Shown here: one piece after another, positions 1 through 13,839 of the stretch
How the letters are laid out: every line of letters starts with the position of its first letter
Numbering within the stretch: position 1 is the stretch's first letter
Source of the DNA: Geosiphon pyriformis uo1
Taxonomy: Eukaryota > Fungi > Glomeromycota
Assembly (NCBI GenBank): GCA_016748015.1
Contig: JAAOMT010000072.1
Location: 135,012 to 199,011, forward strand
Direction: 5' to 3'
DNA: 64,000 nt
Translations under genes and position numbers: made by a program
The notes under the pieces: generated by a model
Seen by the model: the letters and a program-made list of their open reading frames with translations, nothing else
Told to the model about the DNA's origin: nothing
Database searches by the model: none

Positions 1-3000
1 AAGGTATTTATTATAGAAGCCACCTAATACCAAGCCTTTATAGGAAACAATTGGCTATTAAAAACTTATGTTACTCTTAATTGGAACATCCAAAAACTTT
101 AAATTACTTTTAATAGATAATATGCTCAAGTACTCACTACATGTAGACATTTTAGAACCCAAAACTTAAATCAATTGCTAATTAAATTTAAAAAAATAGT
201 GCTACTATGAACATTAGAAACTTATCAAGTTTTGTGGGCTGACAATTACAGGACAGAGCTATCACTATCTCTTATCTAAGAAAAAAAAGATAAAGAAAAG
301 ACTGATGAAGAACTTTTTAAATTACTACCAATTTACCTAAGTCTAAATCAAAAAGAACAATCTTATCAACTCTTTAAATTAACCTGTGTTAATTATAGAA
401 AAAAGTTGTTTTTAATAGGCATTTGTGTCAAAAATAACAAAATATGGCCAACAGTCACCAAATATTACTGCTAACTTTGTGTATTAGAATGATATAGACA
501 ACTTAAATGACAAGACAAATGAGACAACACAATATGCTTTGCATATGGTGAAATTTTATCAAATAAAAAATTGTAGAATAATGTTCCAAACAGAAGAGAA
601 ACATGTAACAAATCATGTTAATATACTATCCTAATAAATGACTGGGCCAAAAAAAGCACTCTATTTACCACAGCATATAGTCAAACAATAAACTGACTGG
701 ACTTATACCCTTATAATAATAAAAAAATTTGGAAAATGGCCATAACCAAATAAGAAGGAGCTACCATCAAGAAAATACATGCTATAAAAAATGCTTTAAT
801 AACAATCAAAGAAATAGATAACATATTTACAAATAATCTTGAAGCATTCCAAAATTAGTATCAAGATTTGGCCCTAACTCAAGAAGAACAAAAACAAACT
901 AGCAAACCTCAATATGAAACTGTATAATCATTGCTTAATTTCTTGTTATTTTCAGTACTGTGATAAGTGTAATTTTTTGTTTAATTCACTTTTAAGAATA
1001 CTATATCTTATTAGTAAACTACCAAAACCAAAGAAAAAATATGAGTTTTATGCTGAAAACATGTTGTTTCAAAAGCCAAGTAATGCTACTGAAATAGAAT
1101 AATACTTTATCTACTTTGCTCTCTTTAAAAAATTAGAATTAAAATGATATAGTAATGACAATAAAAAAATCTGCTCTAAAAAAACACACAAAAATGATGT
1201 GAAATTCGACTTAAGATATCCCAAACAATTTTCTGTAATTATAACTCCATACTCCCTTATAAAAATAGATCTCAAAATAACTTTAGAAATTTCTGTTAGT
1301 ACTATGGTTCAGATTGTCTCATGATCAAGTTTTGCAAAAAAAAAATCTATGTAAAAAAAGAAATTATCAATGCTAAATATACAGAAAACATTATCATCAT
1401 GCTATAGAACAATTTCAATAAATTTTATATAATTGAATCACAAGAAAAAATTGTTCAAGCTATTTTTTTACTCCTTATAAAAATACCCTAATTAACTCTG
1501 ATCACATTATGCAAAAAATTAGGCCTTATTGCCAAAAATATTAATGGGTTTGAATCAAGTAAAAGAGAGAATGTACCAATTAATTTTGTAAAAAAAAACA
1601 GTAATAAGATAGAATTTATTTATACCTATACAATTATTTCTATTCTCTTATATTAACAGTATATTCTTAAGATAGATTAAAAGATCCAAAACCAAGTTTT
1701 ATTATTTGAAGCCAATTTGAAAATCTGTTGTCTAGATAACATTGCTAATCTATATATCTCTGTTAAGACTTACAAATATTTCAAAATTTTTATTTACAAC
1801 TTTACTGAAGATATTATCAAAATTTTTGAAAGAATCTTTGTTGGTTTTATTTTACTTGACATTTAAAATTCCAAGAAACTGCAGCCTATTTTGAACTTTA
1901 CACAACTGTTCTTATTCTGCAATATCACTTCACAAATATAAAATCTGCTAAAAAAAAGTTACTTGTTTATATCTAAAGAAATTACTAAACTGAATTTAGG
2001 AAACTTGAGTATACTGCAACAAATACAACTTAAAGTTTTTTTGAATCAATATATTAATATCTTTGCTAGTAAAAATGAATTTAAACACACTGATATTGTG
2101 AAACACCAAATTGATATAAAAGATGCACAACTTATTAAACAATAAACCTATCAAGTAACCCCAGCAGACAATAACTTAATTAAACAGAAGATATAATAAA
2201 TGTTAGATAATAAATTAATTAAAAAATTATTAAGCTTTTGGTCCTCTTCAGTAGTTTTGGTCACAAAAAAAATAAGAAAATATGATTCTGTATAGACTAC
2301 TGAAAACTGAACAGCATTATTTAAGAAGATAATTATCTTATTTCTCTAATTCAAAAATTTTTGGATAATTTAGGAAAGAAGAAATAGTTTTCATCTTTGG
2401 ATCTAACTAGTGAATATTGGCAAGTCAAAATAAACCTTAAAAACAAAGAAAAAACAGCATTTATTATATGAGATGGAAATTTTGAATTCAACATAATGCC
2501 TTTTGAACTTTGTAATACTTCTACTATTTTTTAGTGTCTTATGAATATTGTGTACAAAGGAATTCTTTGAAAATCAGTTATAGTATATCTAAATAACACT
2601 AATGTATTTTTTAAAACATTTAATAACCACTTGCTCTATCTCCAACAAGTTTTTGACTGTTTTTAGAATGCCAAATTAAAACTCAATCCTGACAAATGTT
2701 TTTTTTGGAAAGACCAAACTTAAATATCTAAAATATGTAATAGGCAAAAATGGAGTAAAATCTGATTCAAATAAAGTCCAAAAAGTTAAAAACTTTTTGG
2801 CTTTGATCAATCTGTGAGAATTGAAAAATTTTTAGAACTGACAAAATATTATTGCCAGTTCATCAAAGGCTTCTCTAATGTTATAAACCCCTTTATTATT
2901 TACTATTAAAACATATCTCATATCTATAGAGGAAAGAACAACAAAAGACATTTGATTATCTTAAACAGCACTTGATAAAAGCACCAATATTGATCTATTC

Positions 3001-3388
3001 AAACTTTAATAAACATTTTATTATTGCTACAAACACTTTGAAAAATACACTAAGAGCCATTCTGTTACAAATCAGACCAGACAACAAAAAACATTCAATC
3101 ACTTATGCTAGTTACAGCACCAATTCAATAAAAAAAATATATAATATAACAGATTTAAAATGCTTTGCCATCTACTGGGTGGTACAAAATTGAAGACATT
3201 ATTTTTACCAATCATTTAACCTATACACCAATCATAAGAGACTTATTTGGTTACTCAGTAAACCACAACTGGAAAAAAAATATGCATAATAGAGTACTTA
3301 TCTGCAACAATTCCCATACAAAATTTATTATAAGAAAGAATTTAAGAACACTAATGCCAATAGTTTGTCAAAAATAATGCAAATTTAA
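1..3388 (+). pseudogene. pol: pol remnant (PR C-terminus, Cys-rich domain, dUTPase, RT, RNase H)
   Basis: Fragments align with element A pol (HCLISCYFQYCDKC; KAPILIYSNFNKHFIIATN); many nonsense codons; ends ...IMQI* at 3386-3388. Confidence 0.85.
1130..1570 (+). pseudogene. dut: dUTPase domain remnant
   Basis: Degenerate motifs FDLRYP, KIDLKITLEI, IINAKYTENIIIML, KIVQAIF, INGFESS. Confidence 0.75.
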
Positions 3389-3398
3389 TCTCTAAACC

Positions 3399-4760
3399 AT
3401 AAATACAACTACTTATTAGTAATAATACTAGTATTTATTAACTCTTTAATTCAAGAAGCTATTATTTTAACAAAAACAAAGTAGTATATAAAAACAAGCT
3501 TGTAATTATTTTATTTAGAACAACCAACTATATTATCAAAAATGCCAAAACTGTACTATCTCACAATAAGTTATAAAAGACAATAAAAAAGAAACTGTTT
3601 TACACAGTATGCACTCTGACCCAACTGCAGGACATTTTAATAAAAACACTATTCTAGAAAAAACTACAAATCTATACTATTGGCCAATAATATATAAAGA
3701 CATCTTTAAATGTTCTCAACTATAACTCATGCCAATAAAAAAAAAAGCCAGAACAATAGAACCACTTTGACCCATTTCAGTTGGAAATTTATTTAATAGA
3801 ATAAAAATTAATTTGGTTAATTTTTTCTTAATTACATCCAAGAGAAATTGTTACATAGCTGTAGCTATAAAATATTTTACTAAGTGGCCAAAAGCCAAAA
3901 TAATTCAAGTGGCTAATGCTAAACAATAGCCAAGTTTGTACACCAAAATCTAATTTGCTGTCATGAATGCCCAAAAAAATTGTTATCTGATCAAAAAATA
4001 CATTTCATCAATAGTATGTTAATTAAACTAAGTCAATAGTTTAAAATAAAACAACTTTTATTGTCACCATATTACCTACGAACAAATAGACTGGTAAAAT
4101 GATTTAACTAAATACTGTATGAAGCATTAACAAAAATAAGTTATAAAAATATACAAGAATAGGACTTATTTATATCTTCTGTATTATTTGCGTACCAAAT
4201 ATTAAAGCAAAATATTACTCAGCTTATATTATTTGAACTAGTCTATGAAAAAAAAGCTACTCTACTTATTAAACAAGAAATACTTTTTTTTCCAATAAAA
4301 ATAATTACCAACAAGAATTTTGAAACTACTTTACATTAAAGAACATATTAGTTTATGAAAATATTGAAAAACAATCATAGAACAGCAGCTAACAATATTA
4401 GTAATGCTTAAAAACAACAAAAAAAAAACATGATAATTGTTTATCTAACCAACCAATTGAATTCAAAATTGAAGACCAAGTACTGTTATATTATATAAAG
4501 ACTAAAAAACAGTGAAGTGGAAAATTTAACCCAAAATAAGACAATTTATTTTATATACATAAAGTTTTAGACAATAGAGCTTACAAATTAAGATTAGAAA
4601 ACAGAATTTTAAAGAAAGTAGCACATAGAAATGGTTAAAAATTTATTATACAAAACAAGAGACATTGTTATCTATATTGCAACTAAGAACACAAATTTCA
4701 TTAATCAAACCAAAAAATATACCACAAGATCTGGAACCAATTATTATCATCAAAACATAA
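3399..4760 (+). pseudogene. int: Integrase remnant (separate ORF)
   Basis: MHSDPTAGHF zinc-binding segment, DDE-core remnants, C-terminus PQDLEPIIIIKT*. Confidence 0.8.
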
Positions 4761-4769
4761 TCAACATAT

Positions 4770-5493
4770 AACTATTTAATTAGAAAATTTAAGTATATAT
4801 AATAGTTAAAACAGCAAGAAAAACAACAGAACTTTCAACATAGACCTTTCAGATCAAATTTTAAAACTCTTAAAACAATTATTTAAAGCAATTTAATAAT
4901 TCACAACCCAAATATAAATCATAATTAATAGAAAAGAGATATAATACAAAGACAAAAGTGGGAAAAAGATGGGCAAAAGTTCAACTAGAACTGAATATTC
5001 TCATTCTTATAAATAATCAAAAAAAAAAAGATATGTGTTAAGCAAAGCTTAAAGAAATTAAAAAAGCTTTGAGCAGGCCAGTATTGGAACCAGTAACAGA
5101 AAAATAGACATCTGAAAACTTCAGAGTATAGAAAAAAAACTTTTACTAATCTATTGATTCTATAAGATTGGTAAAAAAATAGAATTAAGGACATTATACA
5201 AAGATCTTAATCAACAAACATTTAACAAAAAAGCCTTCAAACAAGTAGAAGTATTTATAAAAAAAAACAACTTAATATTACACTACAAAACAGTATACTA
5301 ATTATATGTGGCATTTAAATACTGTTCAATTATACTACTAAACAGCTCTCTAGAAACTATTACAGTTAACAACATAAGACAAATAATAAATACACAGTTT
5401 GAAGACTTACAAAAAACAATATTTGACACAATAATTAAACACTACACAGAAAATACAAATATTACAAATACATATGATTTCACAAGAGCTTAA
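4770..5493 (+). pseudogene. ORF3 remnant (unknown function)
   Basis: ORF 5308-5493 (AFKYCSIILLN...QFEDLQK...YDFTRA) matches the element A ORF3 C-terminus. Confidence 0.7.
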
Positions 5494-5512
5494 TTCTAAA
5501 AAAAAATAATAA

Positions 5513-6495
5513 TAATACCTAAGTAAAAAAACCAATTCAAGTTATGAAAAAACGTAATCAAAATATGATAACATAAAATAATACAAAATAACACAAAAGA
5601 ACACATAATAACTCGGAATAACACAATACAAAATACAAGAATAAAATATAGCACAAAAAAACTAGTTAAACTTAGGATTACTAGTAATAATATAGAGAAA
5701 TAAAGCAATAACAGAAATAACAAGTAATAATTAGCAATAACAAAATGATCAAAAGCAGTCTTGTAGAACTAAGAAAAATATATAAAAGAGAGTAATTATA
5801 GAAGATAAAAAAAAAACAGATACCTATATCTATTACATATTCTTTGTTATATTTTATATCTTATATTACTAAATAAAAAAAATATTAAAAAATTTGTAAT
5901 CTACATTTATATGATTTTCATATTTATACATTTTAATTGAATTAATCTTGTTTTTATCTTGGTTTTTGGTTAAATGCTCTTAGCATAAAACAGCTTTGAA
6001 CTATTATGACTTGGACCAATTGCTTTTGATTACAACAATTAATAATACTAATTTTTTCTTTTTTCTTTTTTTTTATTTTATTTTTATTTTGTTCTCTCTT
6101 GTGAAATAACAACATAAAAAAATTGACTGTTTAGAAATAGATTTCATAATAGCCTGGTAAAAAAAAGAAGCTTCTCTTAGAATTGGATATTAATATTATC
6201 TTATTAGCTTACTAAAAAGGCAAAAAGACATCATTAAATCCTAGCAACTATACTTGACTAGCTTGGAGAAGATAGTTTATATACACAAAAGTTATATTAC
6301 TGCAAAACCATCTTTTTGTGCCTTATAACCAAAGAATTCTATGCATAAATTCATATTAATCAAAAAGACCTTTAGAAACTGATAATATTAACATACCAAA
6401 TAAGTCTATTAAAAGAAAATCTTTAAAGCTTCCTAGAAATTCACAATTTAAGCACCAAATGTTACCACTACATACTATCTAGTTTATCCATAACA
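5513..6495 (+). repeat. 3' LTR of element E
   Basis: Starts taatacctaagt (=TGTTACCCAAGT) after a purine tract, ends ...cataaca; homologous to the reverse complement of 42665-43756. Confidence 0.8.
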
Positions 6496-6930
6496 GTGGT
6501 TTTCTTTCTGCTTTCTGAATTTATCTTTACTTGTCAAAATTTAGCAATTAAGTTAATAGTTGAAAAGAAAGCAGCACTATTGAATTTGTTTAGCATTGTA
6601 TCAATTTTGGGAAGTAGATATATGTTTTTTTTAGTAATGATATTTAATTGTTAGTAGTTAACACAAAAGCATAGAGTTTTTTTTTTTAAATATTATTATT
6701 ACTAAAAAAGTCCATTTACTCTTGGTTTTTTATATAAATTCAAGATTTTTTATCTGGTTTATTTCTTTCTTGATAAATTCATTATTGTGGCAATTAAACT
6801 GATAAGACTTTAGATAAATAGGATAAGTTTCTTTGGTGGTGATAATGTGTTGTATTACATAAGTACATTCAGAGACATCACCTTTTTTTGAAATAACTAA
6901 GCTGTTTTTAGCCAATAATTTTTTAATATT
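6496..6930 (-). pseudogene. RT N-terminal remnant of D1
   Basis: HIITTKETYPIYLKSYQ...FIKKEI, then ...LCVNY*QLN...YLLPKID. Confidence 0.75.
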
Positions 6931-7304
6931 TTTTTTTTTTTTTTTTGGGAAGGGTTTTTTTGGTTTTATTGTTAATAACTATATTTCTAGTGGTTTATTC
7001 TCAAAAAACTTTTGCACTTCTTGTATCTTTTCTTTTGGTATCAAGCTAATAGATTCCCAATTTTTGTAATAGATTAGACAGAATTTATATTTATTACTAA
7101 GAGAATACAATGGCTTATTACACCAGTATTGGGCACAAAAATTATGCCACCAATAACTGTATTTGGCTTTTTTGCTAGATTTTTTGTTAAAAGTTTTTCT
7201 GAGTATGTTATAATATGGTCAACAAATTAGCTTGTTATTTACAATAATTCCTTTTCTGTCTGCTTTGACATTATTCAGTGGCTTGCTATTACTGGTAAAG
7301 ATGG

Positions 7305-8301
7305 TATTATGAATAAACTCAATAAAATATAATGGTAATATTTGATACTCTAATTCGAATAATAAAGGCTTTAAACAGTTTTTGTGGTATGACTGGTTCT
7401 TGTTATTAATTTTTAAAAATTTTTCTTTAGATGTATATTTATTTATAGAGTTCTTTGATTATAAAACACAAAGAGATGTTTTGCAGTATTACAACTTTTT
7501 GTATATGAATATGAGCTATCTTTTCCAAACTAATAAACACAGTTGTTAGGGTCTGGCAGTGTTTTTTTGCTCTTCTGGTAAGCTACCAAGATAATGTTAA
7601 TATTTAAACTTAAGGGGAGCTTCCTTTTTTTACCAGATTATTATGAAATCTATTCTCAGACAGTCAATTTTTTTATGTTGCTGTTTTATAAGAGAATAAA
7701 AGAAAATAAAAAATAAAAAAATAAAAATAAATAAAAATAAAAATAAATAAATTAGTAATATCAATTGCCATGATCAAAAGTAATTGGTCCAGATCATTAA
7801 GGATTCAAAGCATTTATGTTAAGAACATTTGTTCTGAAACAAAAGTATAAAACAAGAATTAATTTAATTCAAGCATAAAATGATTGATAACTATATATTG
7901 ATGAATTTGTGTTTTCAAATAAGTTCTTTATTTTTTTGTAAGATATAATACTTATATAGAAAAAAAATTAATTTTTGTCTGGCTGTTTTTTTTAATTTCT
8001 ACAATTATTCATTTTTATATATATTTTTGGTTCTACAAGATTGGTTTTTAATTGTTTTGTTCTTGCTAGCTATTGCTTTACTATTGCTTTACTATTTCTG
8101 TTATTGCTTTGTTTTTTTACATTATTACTAGTTATCTTATGTTTCAACTAGTTATTTTATACTATAACATGTTATTAAGTTTTGTATTATATTATCCTAA
8201 GTTATTATGTATTATTTTATGTTCCTTCTTGTTATCCTGTGTTATTATGTTTTTGATTATATTTTTTTATAACTTGAATTTGTTTTTCTACTTAAATAAT
8301 A
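7305..8301 (-). repeat. 3' LTR of F
   Basis: Direct repeat of 9613-10589; A-family LTR. Confidence 0.85.
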
Positions 8302-8349
8302 TTATTATTCTTTTTTAAAATTGAGCTTTTGTGAAATTATAAATTTCTC

Positions 8350-8780
8350 TTTTGTATCAATGTTGTTGCTGTAATTTTTATTGTTATTTTTAAATCTAAT
8401 TTTATACATAACTGGGGTTTTTAACTACAGTGGACTGTTCAGAATATACAAGTTCAAATCTTGTATCTGTATGCTCTTATTATTATTGTTGAATTAAGTT
8501 AATTTCTGCTTTATTGTAAAATCTAGAAGCATAATATATTATTTGGTGTTTAAAGCAAAGTTTGAATTGTTGTTGATGAAGTTTGAATTATTATTGTTAT
8601 TGGTAGAGTTTAAATTATTGCTGTCATTAGTGAAGTTTAAATTGTTGTCATTATCAGTAAAGTTTGAATTGAGATTAAGTTCCAATTCCAATTTCCATTT
8701 ATTCTCATTGATTGGCTCTTTTTTGAATATATGATACATAGAAGTAAATTGTAACTACATTCTAATATTCTGACTTAGGA
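8350..8780 (-). pseudogene. Asn-rich linker and dUTPase 5' fragment inside F
   Basis: NLNSNFTDNDNN...K*YIMLLDL, then HTDTRFELVY...LDLKITIKITATTLIQ (motif 1 region). Confidence 0.6.
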
Positions 8781-8789
8781 CTATTAGAT

Positions 8790-9480
8790 GAGTTTTGCTA
8801 ATTTATTAGTACTGTGAGAATTGGATTTTATTGGTAAGTTTCTTTGTATAATAGTAGAGTTTAGAATTTATTAGACTTTGAATGTTCAGATTTTTAAATA
8901 ATTCCTGAAGTTTGAATTACTAAAGGTTTAATAAGTTTTATTAACAGTAAGTTTTTTTGTATGATAGTGGGTTTAGAATTATCAGGTTTTAAATGTTTGG
9001 GTTTTTAAATGATTGGATCTTAAATAATCAGAGTTTTAATTTAATGTGTTTTAACAAGTTTATCAAAGGTAAGTTTCGAATATACAGAGTTTTAATGATT
9101 AGCTCTTGAATAATCAGAGTTTTTAATTTAATGAGTTTTTAATGAATTTATTAAAGATAAGTTTTAAATGTTCAGAGTTTTAATAATTAGGTTTTAAATA
9201 ATTGGAGTTTTAATTTAATGAATTTATCAATGGTAATTTTCGAATGTTTGGGGTTTTAATAATTGGGTCTTGAATAATCAGAGTTTTAATTTTAACAATT
9301 TTTTAATGAATTTATCAAAGATAAGTTTTGAATGTTTGGAGTTTTAATAATCAGATTTTGAATAATCAGAGTTTTAATTTTAATGAGTTTTAACAAGTTT
9401 ATCAATGGTAATTTTCAAATGTTTAGAGTTTTAACAATCAGGTTTTAAATAATTGACATTTTAATTTAACAAGTTTTTTA
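8790..9480. repeat. Imperfect tandem array, ~75-90 bp units
   Basis: Recurring gagttttaat...gaataatcagagttttaattt...tttatcaa.gg/ataa...gaatgttt. Confidence 0.8.
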
Positions 9481-9612
9481 AAAGAAATGCTAAAATAAAG
9501 ATTTTGTAAATTTTAAGTGGTTTTTCTTTTGTTTTCTCTTGGTCTGTTACTTTTGTGAATTTTTGGGATGTTCTGTCTCTGTAGATTTTATAACCTCACA
9601 AAAAGCACCAAA

Positions 9613-10589
9613 TATTACAGATAAACTTAGTAGTATATAGTAATAACATTTGGTGTTCTAATTTGAATAATAAAGACTTTGAATAATCTTTGCAATATGA
9701 CTAATTTTTGTTATCAATCTCTAAATATCTTTCTTTGAATGTGTATTTATTTGTGGAGTTCTTTGGTTATAAAGCACAAAGAAATGTTTTGCAGTATTAC
9801 AACTTCTTATATGTGAATGTGAACTATCTTTTCCAAGTTAATGAGTGTAGTTATTAGGGTTTAGTGGTGTCTTTTTGTTCTTCTGATAAGCTATTAAAAT
9901 AATCTTATTATCTAAACTTAGAGAGAGCTTTCTTTTTTTATCAGGCTATTATGAAGTTTATTTTCAGACAGTCAATTTTTCTATGTTGTCACTCCATAAG
10001 AGAGAATAAAATAAAAAATAAAAAAAAATAAAAAAAATAAAAGAAGATAAATTAGTATTGTCAATTGCTATAATCAAGAGTAATTAGTCCAGGTCATTAA
10101 AAGTTTGAAGCATTTATGCTAAAAGCATCTGTCCTAGAACAAAAGTATAAAACAAGAATTAATTCAATTCAAGCACAGAATAATTGATGACTATGTATTA
10201 ATAATTTCATGTTTTTAAATAAGTCTTTTATTTTTTGTAAGATGTAATAGTTATATGAAAAAAAAATTGATTTTTGTCTGACTGTTTTTTCTAATTTTTA
10301 CAACTACTTATTTTTATATATTTTTTTGGTTTTACAGAATTGCTTTTTAATTGTTTTATTCTTGCTAGCTATTGTTTTGCTATTTCTGTTATTGTTTTAT
10401 TCTTTTATATTATTATTAGTTATCTTATGTTTTAACTAGTTATTTTGTGCTATAACACATTATCAAGTTTTGTATTATGTTATCTTAAGTTATTACATAT
10501 TATTCTGTGTTCTTTTGTATTATTCTGTGTTATCATATTTTTGATCACATTTTTTCATAACTTGGATTTGTTTTTTTACTTGGATAACA
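9613..10589 (-). repeat. 5' LTR of F
   Basis: tattaca...ataaca termini; adjacent PBS TTTGGTGCTTTTTGTGAGG on the minus strand. Confidence 0.85.
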
Positions 10590-13000
10590 ATAGTATAGGC
10601 AAGTTTAGCAATTTTTTCTTGTTTTTTTCTTTATTACTCTCTTTATTATCTGATTCATTGGATTGTTTTTCTTTTTGGTTCTGTTTAAATACTAGAAGAA
10701 TTGTCTAATAGCAGTACTTAACTATAATAGACTTCTTATTACATCTGATGGTTAGCTTACAAAGTTCATAGACAAATAAGGCTTTTGTTTTCTTAAGCCA
10801 TTTATTGCCAATAATGATGATGTATTCTTTAACTTTAGAAACTTTCATATTAGTTTTAATGCTAATATTATTAATGCAAACAGAAATAACTTTGTTTATG
10901 CTCAGACTTTTTTTTTTGTTACCATATACATTGGTTATTAGTCAAGTAGAAGACTTGTCAATCTTTCTGCCAATTGCTTCAAGAAAGTATTTGGAAATAA
11001 CACTAACAGATAATCTACTGTTTAGGATCAAATTAATGAAGTATTTAGCCACTTAGACTTTGCAAATCAAAAAAATGACATTGCTGTTATTAGCAAGTCT
11101 AGCTTGACAAGAATACTTGTTGTTTTTGGATGTTTTTTTCTTTGGAATTAAGGATTTATAAAGATCTTTTCTAAACTATAGATGGGTTATTAACTGGCCA
11201 AAGATAATGTGAGCTGGTATTTCCATAAAATTTTTAACAATAAAATAGAGACCAGATTTTTGTATAATTTTTAAAGGTTTTAGCTTTAGAAAATTTTTAA
11301 AAATTTTTGCTTTTGGTGGCTCATTGTTGTTAGCAGTTGATGTAAAAGCTTTATTGAAATCCAGAGTAAAATCAATCTTGGCTTTTTTTTTCTTGTTAAA
11401 TTAAAAGAATTAATTGCTAATTCATCTATATTATGGTCATTATTAGTTAAGTTAAAAATGTAAAAAAAGTTTTTTTCTGGTTGGCTTGCACTCTTACCCT
11501 TTGGAAATGCACCTATTAATTTAAAGACTAATAAACAGTAACTTTAACTAAGGAATCTTTTTCAAAGAAATTAACATTGGCATAATTAAGTTTTTAATTG
11601 AGAACATTATTATTATTAAGTCTGTTGTTCTGAGTATTATTGTTTTTAGAAGCTAAAGAAGACAACAAAAGATTGTTACAATCTTTAGAAAAGTATCTAG
11701 TTAATTCACAATAATAGCACACATAAAAGCCACAATTTTGCTGTTTTTGGTATAGTAATTACTAGAACTGATTAAAATGTAATTCAAATTTGGATTTTTG
11801 TGATTGTTGATTCTCTCTAACTGCTTGGGCTAAAGGTTTTAGTAGCCAAGCAAAATTGGTTGTAAGTCTATCTATTAACTGTTTATTTGGATCTTAAGTT
11901 TAAGCAGTAAAAAAGATGGCAGCTATTTGAGAAGCAGAAACCAAAATAAGAACAGAAACAAAAATTAGAAAAGTAAATTCCAAGTACATTTTTTGATTAT
12001 CTTTAATTTTTTGAACAAGTTCAATAGCCAAGTTCATTGTTAGATTATTTTTTAAAGCCAAAAGAAACCAAAAAGCATATGAAAGATCAGTTCTTAATTC
12101 TTTTATAAAAGAATAAATTTTTTGCTCTTTTGTCTAATTTTTTTTAAAGTCTACTTGTTTAATTAATTTTCTGATTGCTTTGGTGTATTTGGTTACAATT
12201 TTACCAGAATCTTGAGTTTTTCTTTTTAATTTCATATGTTATTTTAAAATTAAGATAGAAATTCTGAATTTGTTTTCAAACTAAGTAACAAAGAAAGTAT
12301 TTTTTTCTCTAATATTTGTTGGTATCTATCTAATAATTTTTTGATGAGCACCAATATTGGTTTTTTGTAAAAATCAAGTAACAAGAGAGCCTTAAAGATA
12401 GTCACCAATGATTTAAAACTTGTATTCTGCATCATACTAATTTGTAGTGGCTGTTTTTTTGAAATCATTCAACTATTTAATTAGGTCTTAAGCATCATCT
12501 CTAAATAATAATAATGCAGTGTTGTTTTTTCATCCCAAAGCAGTTTGTATATCTTGAAGGGCAGCTAAAATATTTGTTTATATAGGATCAACAGCCATTG
12601 GTTTAGGAGTAACAGTTTGTGTAAAATAATCTGAATTACTTAAGAAGAAATTAAAAACAGAAGTGGTTAGTAGCTTTCTTCTTCTGTTTCAAAAAGAGTT
12701 TTAGCTAATTAATAAGCAGCAATCTAAATATGGATTTAATGATTTAAATATTCAAAATTAGAAGGCTGTAGTTCAAAAATTGTTGAATATAAAAGCTGAT
12801 TAATGTTATTGTTTCTTTTTTTAAGATTGTCTTTAAAGTAAGCTTGGTCAAAAAAGTAAGTTGTGTAGGCTGTATAAGTTTCAGCTAAATGCTTATTTAG
12901 AAACCAGTTCCAGAAGTCTTGAAATTGTCTACTGGATTGTTTTTTAAGAGAAAAGCAGATCAAACAGAAAGGCAGAGAATTGAGTACAATAAAATTTAGG
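10590..13000 (-). pseudogene. gag-protease remnant of D1
   Basis: Minus-strand translation MAVDPI..ILAALQDIQTALG..., protease remnant at ~11060-10730. Confidence 0.7.
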
Positions 13001-13094
13001 TCATTTCTGTTGTATGCTATAAAGTGTTTTTCTAATTGTTATGACAAGTATAAATAATTACTCATACAATAAAGAAATAAGTGAATTTTAACAA

Positions 13095-13111
13095 CCTCAT
13101 AAGGAGCATTA
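13095..13111 (-). promoter_or_regulatory. Primer-binding site of D1
   Basis: TAATGCTCCTTATGAGG, a decayed TGGTGCTCCTTGTGAGG, 6 nt from the LTR end. Confidence 0.65.
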
Positions 13112-13117
13112 CTTTTA

Positions 13118-13839
13118 TGTTACAGATTGAAGTAATAAATTAATGAATAGCAAAAAAAAACAAGATTATAAGATAATAAAATTAATTAAAAAGAATTCAA
13201 TTTCAAGGAACAAATTGAATAAGTATGGATTTAATGTATAAGATTAGTCTCATAAAATATCTTAATTGTTATTTTTTTCAAAAGATAACTAAAAAATTTG
13301 AAGATAAAAGAATAGTTTATACTATTAACAAATAATAACACACTGGTATAATTCTATGCTTTATATTGGCACTTTTAGAATTCAATATTAGATATTAGAT
13401 GTGTTCTTCAGTTATATTTTATTCAATAATTTTTAAATGCTCTAATTATACAAATTAGAAAAAGAATAGATAAATGCCAACAAGTAATTTTTTATTCCAA
13501 GATGTTTTGATACTTGAAGATAAGAAAAGAAAAATTAGTGAGAAAAGAAAAATTGAAATAAAGTTGTTATTTTATTTCTTTGTTTTCTTTTGATTTGTGT
13601 ATGTTTTTTTATAGTTAAGAGATTCATTACTTATATAGCTATTGAAAGTGGTTAATGATTAGATTAATGACTAGGTCAATAATCAGATTAATAATCAACA
13701 ATTAGGTCATTGATTAAGTTAATAATCAGATTATTAATCAAGTCAACAATTACTATCTAAAAATAGTGTGGCTAATTATATGATATTAGTGGTAAATACA
13801 TGTGATAACTAATAAAAAGTATGGGTTTCAACTGTAACA
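13118..13839 (-). repeat. 5' LTR of D1
   Basis: TGTTACA...TGTAACA termini; homologous to 39312-39980. Confidence 0.85.

Larger units (their letters stand above)
1..6495 (+). mobile_element. Decayed Ty3/Gypsy LTR retrotransposon E (family A-like), 5' part outside the window
   Basis: Colinear remnants of protease end, Cys-rich domain, dUTPase, RT, RNase H, integrase and ORF3, then an A-rich PPT and an LTR homologous to the element A LTRs. Confidence 0.9.
7305..10589 (-). mobile_element. Non-autonomous LTR element F (two ~1-kb LTRs, 1.3-kb interior)
   Basis: LTRs 7305-8301 and 9613-10589, PBS and PPT present, flanks ATGG/ATAG (4-bp TSD with one G>A). Confidence 0.85.
6496..13839 (-). mobile_element. 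Decayed Gypsy element D1 (second family, no dUTPase); interrupted by F and cut by E
   Basis: Minus strand: LTR 13118-13839, PBS, gag-like (DPIEWLNDF-type), protease (LILNSR=LILDSG, IIGNKWL), RT N-terminus (YLLPKIDTML) running up to the E LTR. Confidence 0.8.
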
